A DNA stretch of 63,928 nt, filler included, from Folioceros fuciformis (Eukaryota), in NCBI GenBank assembly GCA_049999805.1. It is 5 parts of 5 records of this genome, joined end to end, with 100 filler letters (N's around TTAATTAATTAA, not from the genome) between each part and the next. Parts side by side here need not be neighbours in the genome. Positions count along the whole stretch, not along the records: positions 38,777 to 59,437 come from JBNGIO010005835.1; 4 more parts are not named here. The stretch is one strand, 5' to 3'. A program made the translations under genes and the position numbers. Positions within the stretch are counted from its first letter, which is position 1. The number at the start of each line of letters is the position of its first letter. The notes below the pieces were generated by a model. That model was not told the DNA's origin. It worked only from the letters and a program-made list of their open reading frames with translations, and made no database searches. Shown piece after piece: positions 39,230-50,955 of the stretch.

Positions 39230-42200
39230 ACACCATGCTTTCTTTTTTGCCTGTACCTCCTGCATGACGGCCAGTGATTGTTCTCTGTCTTCCATGTGTC
39301 TCACCAAGCTAACCAATCTTTCCAGTTGACTCCCTCCAACAATCATGTGGTTAGGCTCCCCTCCTTTGTGTCATTCAGTCAGCACCTGCAGGATTTGTGC
39401 CTCAGTTACCCACAACCTTTCTCTTCCATCCAGCCCCACCCGATACATGTTGTCCTCGTGACAAATGAATGGGCGTGCATAGTGCACAAAGGCATGTTGT
39501 TGTTGCTTGCAAAGATCTGAGGGACTGCTCCCCAACCCCAGGAACTCGGATATCTTACTGTAAGTAGGCCTGGTGGGTCTCCCCTTCTCATTTCCTGCCG
39601 CACTGCCATTGCTCATTCTCTTCACATTTGGTGCGGCCGCTTCCTCCTCTGGCCCTGCTGCGAACAAAGCTTCATCGGAAAAATCCTCCTCCTTATCACA
39701 AGCCTCCTCCTCCATCTTCAGCATTCACATGTTTGCTGCCTTCTTTAAGCTCTTCAGAGTCTTGGTTTGGTGGTCTGTCCCCCTATTCAGCTATTGTGTA
39801 TGCATCTTCTACATCCGCCCCACCACTTTCCACAACTGGCGTTCCTTCTTCCACTACCTCGGTAGTAACTTCTGCAATAGTGCAGTCAAATGTCACTCCA
39901 TAACAACTCACCAGGTGGGGGATGTTCCTCTGGTAGTTCCTCTCCTCATCCGACCAAGAAATGTGGGCGAATGGAAACCTCTCTTTCTCATCCTCCCATC
40001 CAACTGAGTCTTTTGCAAAGGTGTATCCATCGGTCTCCGTAGGTTTTTCTCCTGCATACGTGTCTCGACTCCAGGATAAGCACATCCTTCCTTCCTTAAC
40101 CTTGGGATCACAATCCAGAGGTTTGAAGCTTACTTCCTTCCTTCCCCACTTGAAGGTACAACACGCTCCATACATCCACTTCCGGCCAATCAACACATCA
40201 TACCTAGGAGCTTTCTGTTTGATGACCACATAGTCCATGAGGTACAGAATGGTACCAATATGGGTCAGCACTCCAGTTACCTCCCCTACAGGTGCCATCT
40301 TAGACATATCTGCGAGTCACAGCACCTTAGCCGTGCGCTGTATCTCCAGCCCTAGCTTCCGGGCTGTATCCTCCGTCATGAAGGACCACGAGAGGCGGAG
40401 ATTTACTGCGGGAGGCCAAGCAAATCTTTTTTGTTCAACTTGTGGGCAGGAAGGGCACTCGAGACCCAACTCCCCGCAGATGATGGTGCAGCTGTTGGAC
40501 TATGAGGAAAGGGGAGGAAGGAATGTACCTGGTAGACACCTACCAGATTCAGGAGGCAACTCCAATTTCTAGGTATCCGAGGACTCCGTACCCTACGAAT
40601 CTGCGGAATCCTATTGGCATGGGAATGCGAAATCAGGTGGTAAGAACAACTGGCCAGCTGAATGCTATCCAGTGCTACAACTGCCAAGGATTTGGGCATC
40701 TTGCAAGTAGTTGTCCTTCAGCAACTCATCACAGTTGTCCTTCAGCAACTTGTCAAGGGAACAGTAATTTTCAGAGGCTATATATGGACTGCAAGCAGCC
40801 AGGGCATGTGGCATGTAGTGTTCTTTGCCAGCCACTGAAGAAGCACGTGAGAATTGCTCAACCTCCAGTCACAGCAACCCAACCATCCATGGGGCAAAAT
40901 TCAGTACCAGCGATGCATGTCAAGAATGCACTCATGGCGGTGTGGGAGGACGTTGAACCCAACATGTTGAGAAGTCTGGAGGGCTTGGAGGACCTGGACA
41001 ATGGGTACTATGAGGAGAAACCTGCTATGGCTGTCCGAACGCGGAGGGAGAAACGGGATGCCAACAAAAAGGTGGATGCTTCCATGAGAGGAGGGCGGGG
41101 AAGAAAGGAAAGAAGGGCAGAATGGTAGCTCTGGACACGTCTAAAGATGAGGACGCCTCGACTTCATCAGACAGTGAAGGACAGGAGACGGAACAACCAA
41201 GGAATGGTACAACAACCCAACCAAGCGAACCAAGGGGGAATCGTACGGGTCTAGGGAATGAGGAGCAAAGCATGGGCGTTGCAGCAAATGCTAGTGGCAA
41301 GGTGCAGGAACTAGAGAGTTCAGAAACGGAGTCACGAGGTCTGGTGGAAAACCCTCAGGAGAAAAATATAAGATAGTGTTTCTGCCATATGTCAAAAAGG
41401 AGGTGATGGAGATGATCTGAGAGGAACTGGAGCAGTCCCCAACCGTTCCACCTGCACTAGTTTCTAGTCGACTTGATTCCAATACCGTTGTACCTGATTC
41501 CACTACCACTGTACCTGAAGGAGCTACCACGGTTGCTAAAGCTTGGGTTAGTGCAAGCGTTAAGAAGGGGAGAGCACAGGCAGATGAGGCCTTCAATTTG
41601 GCCAAGGCTGTCATGGACCACAAGATTATGGTAACATTGGGACAGCTTCTCCAAGACAACCCGCAATACCGCCAGCAAATTCGGAGAGCATTGAAGGCAG
41701 CCCAACCCAAGAAGAAGCGGAGACTCCCCAAGCTAAGGAAGAAGCCACTTGCTGTGAACATGGTGGCCATGGCTGATCAAGGTCTCGCGGAGTTGCAAAT
41801 AGAGATCTCGAGGTGTATAATTAAGAAGGTACCTTTGGATACTAGTTCTGGGGTCTGCTATTTCACTTTCTTGGCCGCGTTCTCCTCTTCCTTCCTTGCC
41901 TGTTCAGCGTCCTTCCTTGCGCTTGCGACCTCCTGTTTTGCCTTCACCAGCTCCTTCCCTCACGAGTGGCGCTTCCACTTCGCTTCGATTTTTGATTTTT
42001 TCTTTTTCTTTCTCCGGCTGCGCTCATCACTCGACGAATCTCCCTTAGAGCTGTTGCTGGTTTCTTCCTCTGTGGAGCTGTCCGAGGAGTCCTGGGAAGA
42101 GCTCTCTTCCTCCGTTGAATCATCGTCCAAGGACGAGGAGTACTTCTTCTTGGATTTCTTCTTGTCTCCCCGGCCCTTCCTCTCATCCTTCCTTGATTTC

Positions 42201-44825
42201 TTCCTCTCCTCCGCATTGGACTCTTCGTAGTTCACGAAAGCCCTGATCGCTTGGTCCAAATCCTTCTCAGCTTGGAGTCGTACGTGCTTCCCCATCTCTG
42301 TGCCTAGGCCCCTAGCAAACCAACGTATTGCCATGAGCTCTGACTGGGGGCCAGCACAGTTCCGCAGGCCATGGAATCTTTCCACATAGGCCTACAACAT
42401 CTCCCTTTGCTTCCTTCGCAACCTCTCAAGCTTGGACAAGATGTATCCCTCAACATCCACTCCTCGAAACCTCTCACAAAAAGTTCTCTTCAATGTTCCG
42501 AAGGTGGTTGGAAGTGTGGACGACTTGAGGTACTCCCGCTTGTACTACTTGGCTGTAGCTCCATGCAAGACTCCATAGAATAGCCGAACACGTTGCGCAT
42601 CCCCTGCCTCCTGGTTGGCAATGGTCAGCTGCTCAAAATGCTCGACAAAGTCATCCAGGATCCTCGTAACCCTTCCTTTCCCCATATAGTGGGTAAGGCT
42701 GCTTAGTGGTTACAGCTACTAGAGTAGTAGTCATAGCTACCGTGGTAGTGCTTTCAGCAATCGTAGTAGCAGATGCAACTACTGTGCCTGAACTAACTTC
42801 TACACCCACAAAATGTGTTTGGACTAACGTTGAGCGAGGCAACCTGGAATGGAGATCTACCAGTGAGCTTGGATTGGGGTACCTGGGCCCAGATACCTCC
42901 CCAAAACCCGAGAGTAGCAGATCTGACTCAAATGAAATCTGACTTCAGCTCCAGGTTGGCTCTTTGTCCCTCTTCCTCGTCTAGCAAGTGTGCTCTCCCA
43001 CTGCGACCTTCTAGCGACCCTCTGCAACCTCTCCGCTGCCTAGCATTGCCGCTGTACCAACGGTAGTTGTGCACAATCAAGCTCAGAGTCGCTAATCTTC
43101 ACCCAAGGCATCCATCAACCTATCACTACCTAGACTCTCTATTCAGGCTACTCTAGACTCTCTACTCAGGTGTTAGTTACTCCTACCTATGTTCTTGACA
43201 ACAATACATTCCCCGGCAACGGCGCCAAAATGTGGGGGAAAATATTGTACCCGAGGGTACCGCAAGGTCCACACAAGCCCTCTATGTCGTTGTAGCCGCG
43301 GGATTCAATCCCAGGGGCATGATTTGTGCCAAATAACACAGGTTTCTTCAAAAAGTCGGCTCCTACCTATGTCAGGCTTACCTACCTCTGGTTCCACTAC
43401 CTACAGGTTCAACTACCCCTACCCCCAGGTGGTCTAGCTACCACCACTCAACTCTACGCCTCCAAGCTTCGCTCAATTACTGGGGTAGGGGGCTCTACAA
43501 CTACTGACCTTTCAACTACCCATTAGGGCCTCCACAACCGGTAGTGGATTCCACTACCTCTTAGTTAGTCTAGCTACCGCGGGTCCTACTTTACGACTCT
43601 AGTCCCGACTCTACAACCATGGTAGTGGTCTCCACGATCGGTAGTGGGTTCCACTACCGTGGTGCGTCCCACCCCAAACCCTAACTAATTATTTCCGGTG
43701 CAGGCGCTACCGCGGGTTTTTGCCCAGGACCTTCTAGATTCACAGAGCTGGGCTTATTGAATGCCCCACACACATGCACGTGCTGATCCTTGGGGAATAA
43801 GACCTCGCGGATCAGCCACACCTCCTCACACACTCATGCAGCACTTCCCACACATGCAAAACACACACAAGGGCTCTGGTTCACAGTTATTCTCACAGGC
43901 CTACCCCCAAGGGTCTCAATCTCCAATTGTTTCCAAATCTTCCAGCAAATCCTTCACCACTCCTCACAATCCCATACAAGCTTCAACAATCCCCAACAGC
44001 TACTCACAAATACTTCAAAATCTTGCAAAAATTCTCCAAGATTCACATCCAATCTTTAGCACTTCTCCTCAATCATTCAGCAACTTCTTAGCCGTTTTCT
44101 CTTCAGTTCTCCAGCAGTGTTCCCAACTCTCTAGCAATCTTACAGCAACCCAGCAACCTTCCACAATCCTCCACAAATGTCCAGGGATTCCTCAGAAACT
44201 CCCTAGCAATCTCGTCCAAACTCGAATCATTTCTTGCGAAAGAGCATCGATCCAAATCCAAGGAAATGTAGGAAGGCCAATCACGTACCGGTGGGAGGCT
44301 GTCCTCGCGCTTCGCACGCAAGACCACGGCTTGGCACGTGTGCTTGGGGAGCGTCATGTGAATTCTTGGTGGAGGCCTCATAGCTAGGTTATGGATAGGA
44401 GCTAGGGGATTTAGCTAAGCTTAGCTTCCTTAACCCAAAGCAGAAGCACAAGCGTCTGCGCGTTTGGCATTTTGGAAAAGAATGCACACCCTCCTACGCT
44501 TATATAGCCAAAGGTCCACATTAGGAAACACCAAGGGCCAAGGACGGACACGATCGTCCTATGTGGTACCGAACTAAGGAACCCCAAGGGCCAAGGACCT
44601 AATTCATTGGGTGCCTGCACCTGGCCGCGAGTGCAACCACCACGCCTCCTTCGTCACAAAGGCTAGGAACCCCAAGGGCCAAGGAACTAATTGATGGGAG
44701 AGGCCTGCACCCGAGCCGCGCGTGCAACCACCGCGTGCGCATGCGCATGCGCGTGCGCGTGCGCAGGCACGCCTCTCCCACTCCGGCCGGGGGAAAGGAA
44801 ACGTTCGCTACGTCTGATTCCCGCA
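39230..44825 (-). mobile_element. Athila-like gypsy element 2: LTR ~43231-44825, PBS ~43210-43228, gag-protease with internal inversion, no RT/RNase H
   Basis: Same PBS as element 1; homologous gag (KQPYPLY..KGYEDP, AIRWFARGLG), knuckles and protease text; LTR begins TGTGGG and probably ends TTCCCGCA. Confidence 0.8.
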
Positions 44826-45413
44826 CCACCGTTTGAAACTACATCCACCCCCTTTTGTGTGATGTACTGTACGTACAATTCTTTCATCAAGCAAGGTGGT
44901 TCGAGGTTTGCTAAGGTTTGCCAAGAGCATGTTGTTACACTAACGTGGTCCTCCAATCATGGTGGATTGGCGGCACTCATTATGAGTTATGATAGAATCT
45001 TGAAACCCCGCCGCCAAAAACCGCGGCCATGGAGAGGGGAGTGGTAGATACATCTAGCAGGTCGGGTCGGGTCGATCACAAGCAAGTGGCCGTGCGCGTT
45101 TACTCCCCGGAGGCGCAACGGCCGCGCTCTTTCCACTATACAGCCTCCCGGCTCCGCACATGGGAGGGTTGAACTTTNNNNNNNNNNGTTCTCATCCATC
45201 AAGCGTCACGTTACAGTAGGGTTCCAGCGCACATCGTCGTACGCTTGCCAAGTCGTGAGGCACACATAGGCAGCCTTCTTCGTATCAACACGTTATTGCT
45301 TTATTAATCTTAATTCCAATTCCAATTCGTATCTCTATTCATTTACCATGCGTGCGAAAGAATGCATCGATGACCGTGCTTACACGCTCACGTTACAAGT
45401 GAGCTTTCCAAAA

Positions 45414-45922
45414 CTACAGTCTGCACTCTTGCATAAACCAAACCGGTATGATGTCGGATTCATGCGCACAAAACATCTTGTGAGTCTTCCTGAGCGTACT
45501 CGCCGCCACGTCGCATGCCTTGGCAATGATTTCGAGTGAGGTGGCTTGGTCATTTGAAATCCTACACACCATGTAGATCATGGCGGCGGCGATGGACGTT
45601 GGGGAGCTCGCGGGGTTGAGTTTTTCAACGGCGCTCAAAGACTCAACCACGGCTCTTGCACTCGTCTTAGGCAGTTGGAGCTTGCAGCAAAACCGCGGTG
45701 CAAAATCCCTAGGCCGCAGAGCTTTGGACGTGCGCGCTGGATTTCCTCGCATGCACGGCTTGTCATGTGCATGCACGTCGCTCGATTCCAGGAGGCCCAC
45801 CAACTTTTTGATGTCCCCCCGGACAAGAGCGTAATTGCGGGCACCCAAGAAGTTCTCGTAGATGTCTTGGGCTGACCAAGGAGCGCGTTCTTCTCGACAA
45901 GCCACAAATGTGGCAGCAGCCA
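45414..45922 (-). pseudogene. Intronless, 5'-truncated TFIIB-related sequence (cyclin-fold repeats)
   Basis: AAATFVACREE..P, DFAPRFCCKLQL, SPTSIAAAMIYM, IAKACDVAASTLRK, IIPVWF match the TFIIB core repeats; N-terminus replaced by a repeat. Confidence 0.85.
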
Positions 45923-46625
45923 CGCTCTCTTCTCTCACACACTCTCTTCTTCAACACCTCTATTCAGAACACAACAAATGGTTCAGGGAATAAGGGAAGA
46001 AATCTCTCCTTCCACTCCGCGCAGCTGGCGGATTCGTCCCCCTCACCACTCACTACGGACCACAGTCGACCGTTCAAGGAATAAGGGAAGGAGAAGCTCT
46101 CCCTCCACTCCAGCAGCTGGTGGATTCGTCCCCCTCACTTTCCATTGCAGAACACAGCTGACCATTCAGGGGATAAGGGAAGGAGATGCTCCTTCCACTC
46201 TACTCAACTTGCAGATTCATCCCCCTCACTTTCAACTGTGGAGCAAAAGTTCTCAACCACCCCTAGGAGCGTCTCGCACTCATTGCCCACCCAAACATCT
46301 CCAGTCCAGCCATGGATAGCGAGGGGATCTCAACCACAAGGAGTCTCCAACATTTGCTAATAAGAGAGGCACTAACATGCCCCTTTGTACAGAGTTTCCA
46401 AGAGCGGGAGCCACAACCCGCTATAAAGCCTAGTTCTAAAAATAGCAGGAGCCACAACCCGCTATAAAGTCTAGTTCTAAAAATAGTCAACATAAAAAAA
46501 ATATACCTTTAATGGGAGGTGGCACCAGATCAAAGATAGCATTTTGCCAAATCTTATTTAAATCAACTTTAAAAAAATATGCTGAATGGTAGGCGCCACC
46601 AGGTCAAGATAGCATCTTGACAAAT
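45923..46625 (+). repeat. Dispersed repeat copy 1 (direct repeat of 56336-57075)
   Basis: Long near-identical stretch; internal motifs ggattcgtccccctcac and ggaataagggaag recur. Confidence 0.9.
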
Positions 46626-46629
46626 CTGT

Positions 46630-47300
46630 GAGTGCAGCTGACTGCCCTTCCGCAAGGCATCAGTGCATACACACGCCTTTAGAAGGCCAGCGAATGTAAC
46701 CCACAAGACCCTATTGCTTTATTTGTCCTTACCAAGCAAGCGCCTCTTGGCTGAGTCCTTCATGTGCATAGCCAGCTATCAGGGAACTCCATTTGACCAC
46801 ACATCTTGTGTAGACAAGCTGTCGTAAACCTGGTGGGCATCTTTCAGTTCACCACATTTTGCAAACATGTCCACCAGGCAGTTGCACAAGACTAAGTTGT
46901 CCAGCTGGCCTCGTTTCACAAACCTCCGAGTGCAGCTGCCCGCCCTTCTGTATAGCACCAGTGCTCGCACAAGCCTTTAGAAGGCAATCAAAAGTAACAT
47001 CATAAGCCACAAGCAGGCCCTCTTGCTCCATCTTTCCATACAGAACCGCCTCTTGGCCTAGACCCTGCGGTGCATACCCAGCTAACAGGGCATTCCATGT
47101 CACTACATCCTTCGTGGACAAGCTGTCAAAGGCCTTGCCGCATTTTGCATACATGCTCACCACGGAATTACCAACACATCACAAACAAACCATCAGACAA
47201 GTCAGGAGGAATGCCACTCTTGCAACACATCACAGAGGCGCCTCGGGCATGAGCTAAACTTCTGCACCAATTAATGTCGCACAATCCCTAAGCACGTGGA
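46630..47300 (-). pseudogene. Degenerate PLS-class PPR fragment
   Basis: VSMYAKCG, KDVVTWNALLAGY, TFDCLLKACA, LVDMFAKCGELKDA with frameshifts and deletions. Confidence 0.85.
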
Positions 47301-48053
47301 CTCCTCGATGTAGCCATTGAAGTCTTGTAATTTGTGCAAAAGAAGAATACTCTTTTCAGCCGGAGATGGCTAAGGACGATCAGGGCCGTTGTTACGGAAG
47401 ACCTGTGTGGACTACAGAGCATTCTACAAGTCTTACTGAAGGCATGGTGGGAAGATCATAGAGCCTTCAGAGATATAGAGGAAGACTACAGAGCGTTCTA
47501 CAACTCTTACTGAACACTTGGTTTGAAGGTGAAAAAGCCTTCAGAGATGGAGAGGAATACGACTATAAACCCCGGACGAAGACACGACATGTTTTCCCAA
47601 TGTGGCAGCTTGTGTGTCTGGCGGAGTTTGTGGCAGAGTTGGTGACAAAGACGTGCTGGTGACCTGTATTGTCATGATGCAGATAGAAGGATATCTCAAG
47701 AAGGGCGTGGGCCAGGATCGCAAGCCCTTCTTGCCTGCAGTGCTATGCCAGAAGGAGGCCCTGCAACACCTACAAATGTGACATTACTGTTCACTACGGT
47801 AGGCGTTGCAAGGTTTCTTCCGAGGGCAGCTGCAAAGAGGTCACTCTGCATCTGAAAGGGCAGCTACATTCCAGGAATCAAGAGCTGATGTACTTCGAGC
47901 CACATTGTGATAAACATGTCTGGAAAGTCCGCAAGCATGATTGACGTGCTGTATGCATAGATGGTGCGGCGAGGCGCAGCTGCACCGGCGAGGGCTTTCG
48001 GTATAACGATGGGCAGCGGTGTCTTGGAACCCCAGCGTCATCGCCTGTGAGCC

Positions 48054-50537
48054 ATGTGTGCTTGGGGCACCACACGGAAGGATGCATTTTTGTTGGGCCC
48101 GTGCTCGTTGGGCCATCAAGGTTGTGGGAGTTGCAGGTCTGCCGCCTTTCTTAAATCCAGGAAGCGAGAGTTGGCAAACAGCCAAGCCGCGCGATGCACC
48201 TTTTTCCAAAGGGGGCTAGTCTGTTCCAGGGGATGTCTGGCTGGAGAGGGATCGTGCAGCGAGAGTTCTCGTCAGGAGCGCTTGTGGCGGAAATTCTTTC
48301 TGGACCCGGCAGGTTGGTGGGATAGCAGGCAACAAAAGAAGAGCTCCCGGTCGCCGGACTTCCGACACAGGAAAAGCCAGGAGGTCCTGTGGGTAAACAA
48401 CTTCTACAAGCCACATTGGGTAGATGCGCAGCTGGCCGCTTTGGATATGCGTATGGGCCGGTGTGCCACAACATCCAATTGCCCTCCCAGACCCGCAAGA
48501 TGCGAAGGGGGTGTGACGCCTGAGACCGTGATCGAATTATGTCAGCAGAGGCTGGTAGATAAAGCCGTGGAGGCCATGGGAGTTCTGGTGGGCACAGGAT
48601 GTCATGTTTCGAAGTCTCTTTTTTATGCTGTTCTCAACGAGTGTGTGGCTTACAAGGATCTGCATCTGGTTCAGCGAGTTCACGTTCTCAGCAGGAAGCA
48701 GGGGTATGAGTCGGACACGTTCTTGTGCAATCATATCCTGCGGATGTATGGCTCGCATGCCAGGCTGCAGGAAACTATGGATTTCTTCCATATGGTTGCC
48801 AAACCAGATGCCTTCACATGGTCTGCCATAATCTCCGCGCACGTTGAACGTGGACAACACAAGCGGGCCCTAGACCTGTATCGAAGGATGCGCACGTCCG
48901 GTGTGAAGCCAGATGGCCATGTGTTTGTGGCAGCTCTACAGGCTTGTGCGAGGGGAGAGGACTTGAGAACTGGGCAGCAGGTGCATGCTGACGTGTTGGC
49001 CACTATCCTTGAGCCTCATTTGGTTGTTTGGAATTGCTTGGTGGACATGTATGCAAAGTGTAGCAGGTTGGATGACGCCCGACGAGTGTTTGACGGAGTT
49101 GGTCAGAAAGATGTTGTGACTTGGAATGTTATGATAGCCGGGTACGCTCAGCAGGGCGTAGGCCAGGAAGCCTTTCGTCTTTACAGTGCAATGCAAGAGG
49201 AGGGCCTGGCTGCACCCGACAGTGTGACATTTGTGTCTCTTCTGCAAGCATGCGCAAGTGTAGGCACCCCGGCTCTGGAGAATGGGAAGCATCTTCATAC
49301 AACAGTAAGAGAACGGGGCCATGAAGCTGATCTGTTCGTTGGCAATAGTCTGGTGAACATGTATACAAAATGCGGCAGCTTGGAAGACGCTCAGACAGTG
49401 TTCGACAGGCTTGTGCAAAAAGATGTAATCACGTGGAATGCCATGATAGCTGGTTATTCCCAGCAAGGGATGGGTCAGGAAGCCTTACATCTCTACAGTG
49501 CTATGCAAAGAGATGGCACCGTTGTACCTAATACTGTGACATTTCTATGTCTTCTGCAAGCATGTGCACATATGGCAGCCCTGGATCTGGGAAGGCAGCT
49601 TCATGTTCAGATCAAAGAACAAGGGCTTCAAGGTGAAGTGTCTCTGGCTACCAGCTTGATAAACATGTATGCCAGGTCGGGGAGCATGGCTGATGCACAG
49701 CAGGTGTTTGATACGTTGTCTAAGAGAGATATTGTCACCTGGAATGCACTGATTGCTGGTTACACCTACCAAGGAGATGGTGATCGGGTCTTCAACTTGG
49801 TTCAGAAATTGGAAGAGGATGGTTTGAAGCCAGTTGCGACCACCTTCCTTAATGTACTATTAGTATGCAGTCACATAGGTCTACTGGATAAGGGACAAAA
49901 GTATTTCGAGGCTATGAGCAAACACTATTCCATCACTCCCACGGTACAACACTACGCATGCATGTTGGATCTCCTGGGCCGTGCAGGCCGATTGGATGAG
50001 GCGCTAGCTTTGGCAAGGACAATGTTGGTACCTCCCGATGCTGTGGTTTGGGCCGCCCTTTTGGGTGCTTGTCAAAAGTGGAACAATGTGGAGGTGGGAC
50101 GTCGTGCGTTTGACGAAGCAGTGAAGCTGAATCATAAAGATGCTGCGGCGTATGTTCTGATGTCAAACATATATGCCGGTGCCCAGATGTGGGAACAGGT
50201 ACGTGAGATTCAGGAGAGGAGGGTAGCACGTGGGGCATGGAAGCAGCCAGGTCAGAGCTGGTGGACAGACATGGAAGGGCTGGTGCTTAGTTTCTTGGTG
50301 AAGGATAGAACACCTCCGACAAGTGGATCTATTGTGGCGTATCGTTTTAGAATGCATGAGGATGTCACAGCAGCCAGCTACCCTCGAGATCGGATCCATA
50401 GTCAGAGTCATGAAACGGATGTAGTCGAAACGCGGGAACTCGGAAAGATGGGCAAACCAGGGAACCCACATTTTTTTCTACATGTCCGTAACGGCACGAA
50501 ACTGGAATACACAGGCTACGCCAGCGGGATAGTATAA
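48054..50537 (+). CDS. PLS-class PPR protein with E domains and WW-type PG box, N-terminal OSB-type PDF motif; DYW deaminase core absent
   Basis: Repeating LVDMYAKC / DVVTWN.MIAGY / TF.SLLQAC; E region VWAALLGAC..YVLMSNIYA; KQPGQSWW; N-terminal LWRKFFLDPAGWWDSRQQKKSSRSPDFRHRKSQEVLW..KPHWV. Intronless. Confidence 0.92.
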   Translation: MCAWGTTRKDAFLLGPCSLGHQGCGSCRSAAFLKSRKRELANSQAARCTFFQRGLVCSRGCLAGEGSCSESSRQERLWRKFFLDPAGWWDSRQQKKSSRSPDFRHRKSQEVLWVNNFYKPHWVDAQLAALDMRMGRCATTSNCPPRPARCEGGVTPETVIELCQQRLVDKAVEAMGVLVGTGCHVSKSLFYAVLNECVAYKDLHLVQRVHVLSRKQGYESDTFLCNHILRMYGSHARLQETMDFFHMVAKPDAFTWSAIISAHVERGQHKRALDLYRRMRTSGVKPDGHVFVAALQACARGEDLRTGQQVHADVLATILEPHLVVWNCLVDMYAKCSRLDDARRVFDGVGQKDVVTWNVMIAGYAQQGVGQEAFRLYSAMQEEGLAAPDSVTFVSLLQACASVGTPALENGKHLHTTVRERGHEADLFVGNSLVNMYTKCGSLEDAQTVFDRLVQKDVITWNAMIAGYSQQGMGQEALHLYSAMQRDGTVVPNTVTFLCLLQACAHMAALDLGRQLHVQIKEQGLQGEVSLATSLINMYARSGSMADAQQVFDTLSKRDIVTWNALIAGYTYQGDGDRVFNLVQKLEEDGLKPVATTFLNVLLVCSHIGLLDKGQKYFEAMSKHYSITPTVQHYACMLDLLGRAGRLDEALALARTMLVPPDAVVWAALLGACQKWNNVEVGRRAFDEAVKLNHKDAAAYVLMSNIYAGAQMWEQVREIQERRVARGAWKQPGQSWWTDMEGLVLSFLVKDRTPPTSGSIVAYRFRMHEDVTAASYPRDRIHSQSHETDVVETRELGKMGKPGNPHFFLHVRNGTKLEYTGYASGIV

Positions 50538-50943
50538 TACGAATAAAACGTGGTAAATAGGATGTTTGTGAACGTTACAAATAAACCCAAATAAAGATGA
50601 AGATGAATAATGGTAAACCTTGTTGAATGAGATGAATATTGGTAAATGGATAAGGACAAGAATGAGGAGCATGCGTCCCGCCATAGCGACCTATGAAGTG
50701 GACATTCGCGTGTGCTGGGCTGGTGCTGTATAAGCCTGAAAACCAGGAGTATAAGCGCTTGTATGTATTCAGTGTTAGCCTAAACTAACAGTATTCATGC
50801 AGCAGCTGACCTAACCTCGCATGCAGCAGCTGACCTAACCTCGTGCCTGTGGGGAGCGTGTACAGTTATCTGTGTCCGCAAGCAACTTGTGGAGACTCTT
50901 CATCAACAACTAGGGAACCTTCGGGTTTCCGCCCCCACCAACA
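50420..50943. mobile_element. LTR-like insertion overlapping the PPR 3' end
   Basis: TGTAG...CAACA termini, TATA-like motifs and an internal ~25-bp tandem duplication; no matching target-site duplication found. Confidence 0.35.
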
Positions 50944-50955
50944 CCAGATGAGTCA

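Noticed and set aside
38886-39232. Duplicated sequence on both sides of an N gap
   Set aside because: Most likely unmerged contig overlap.
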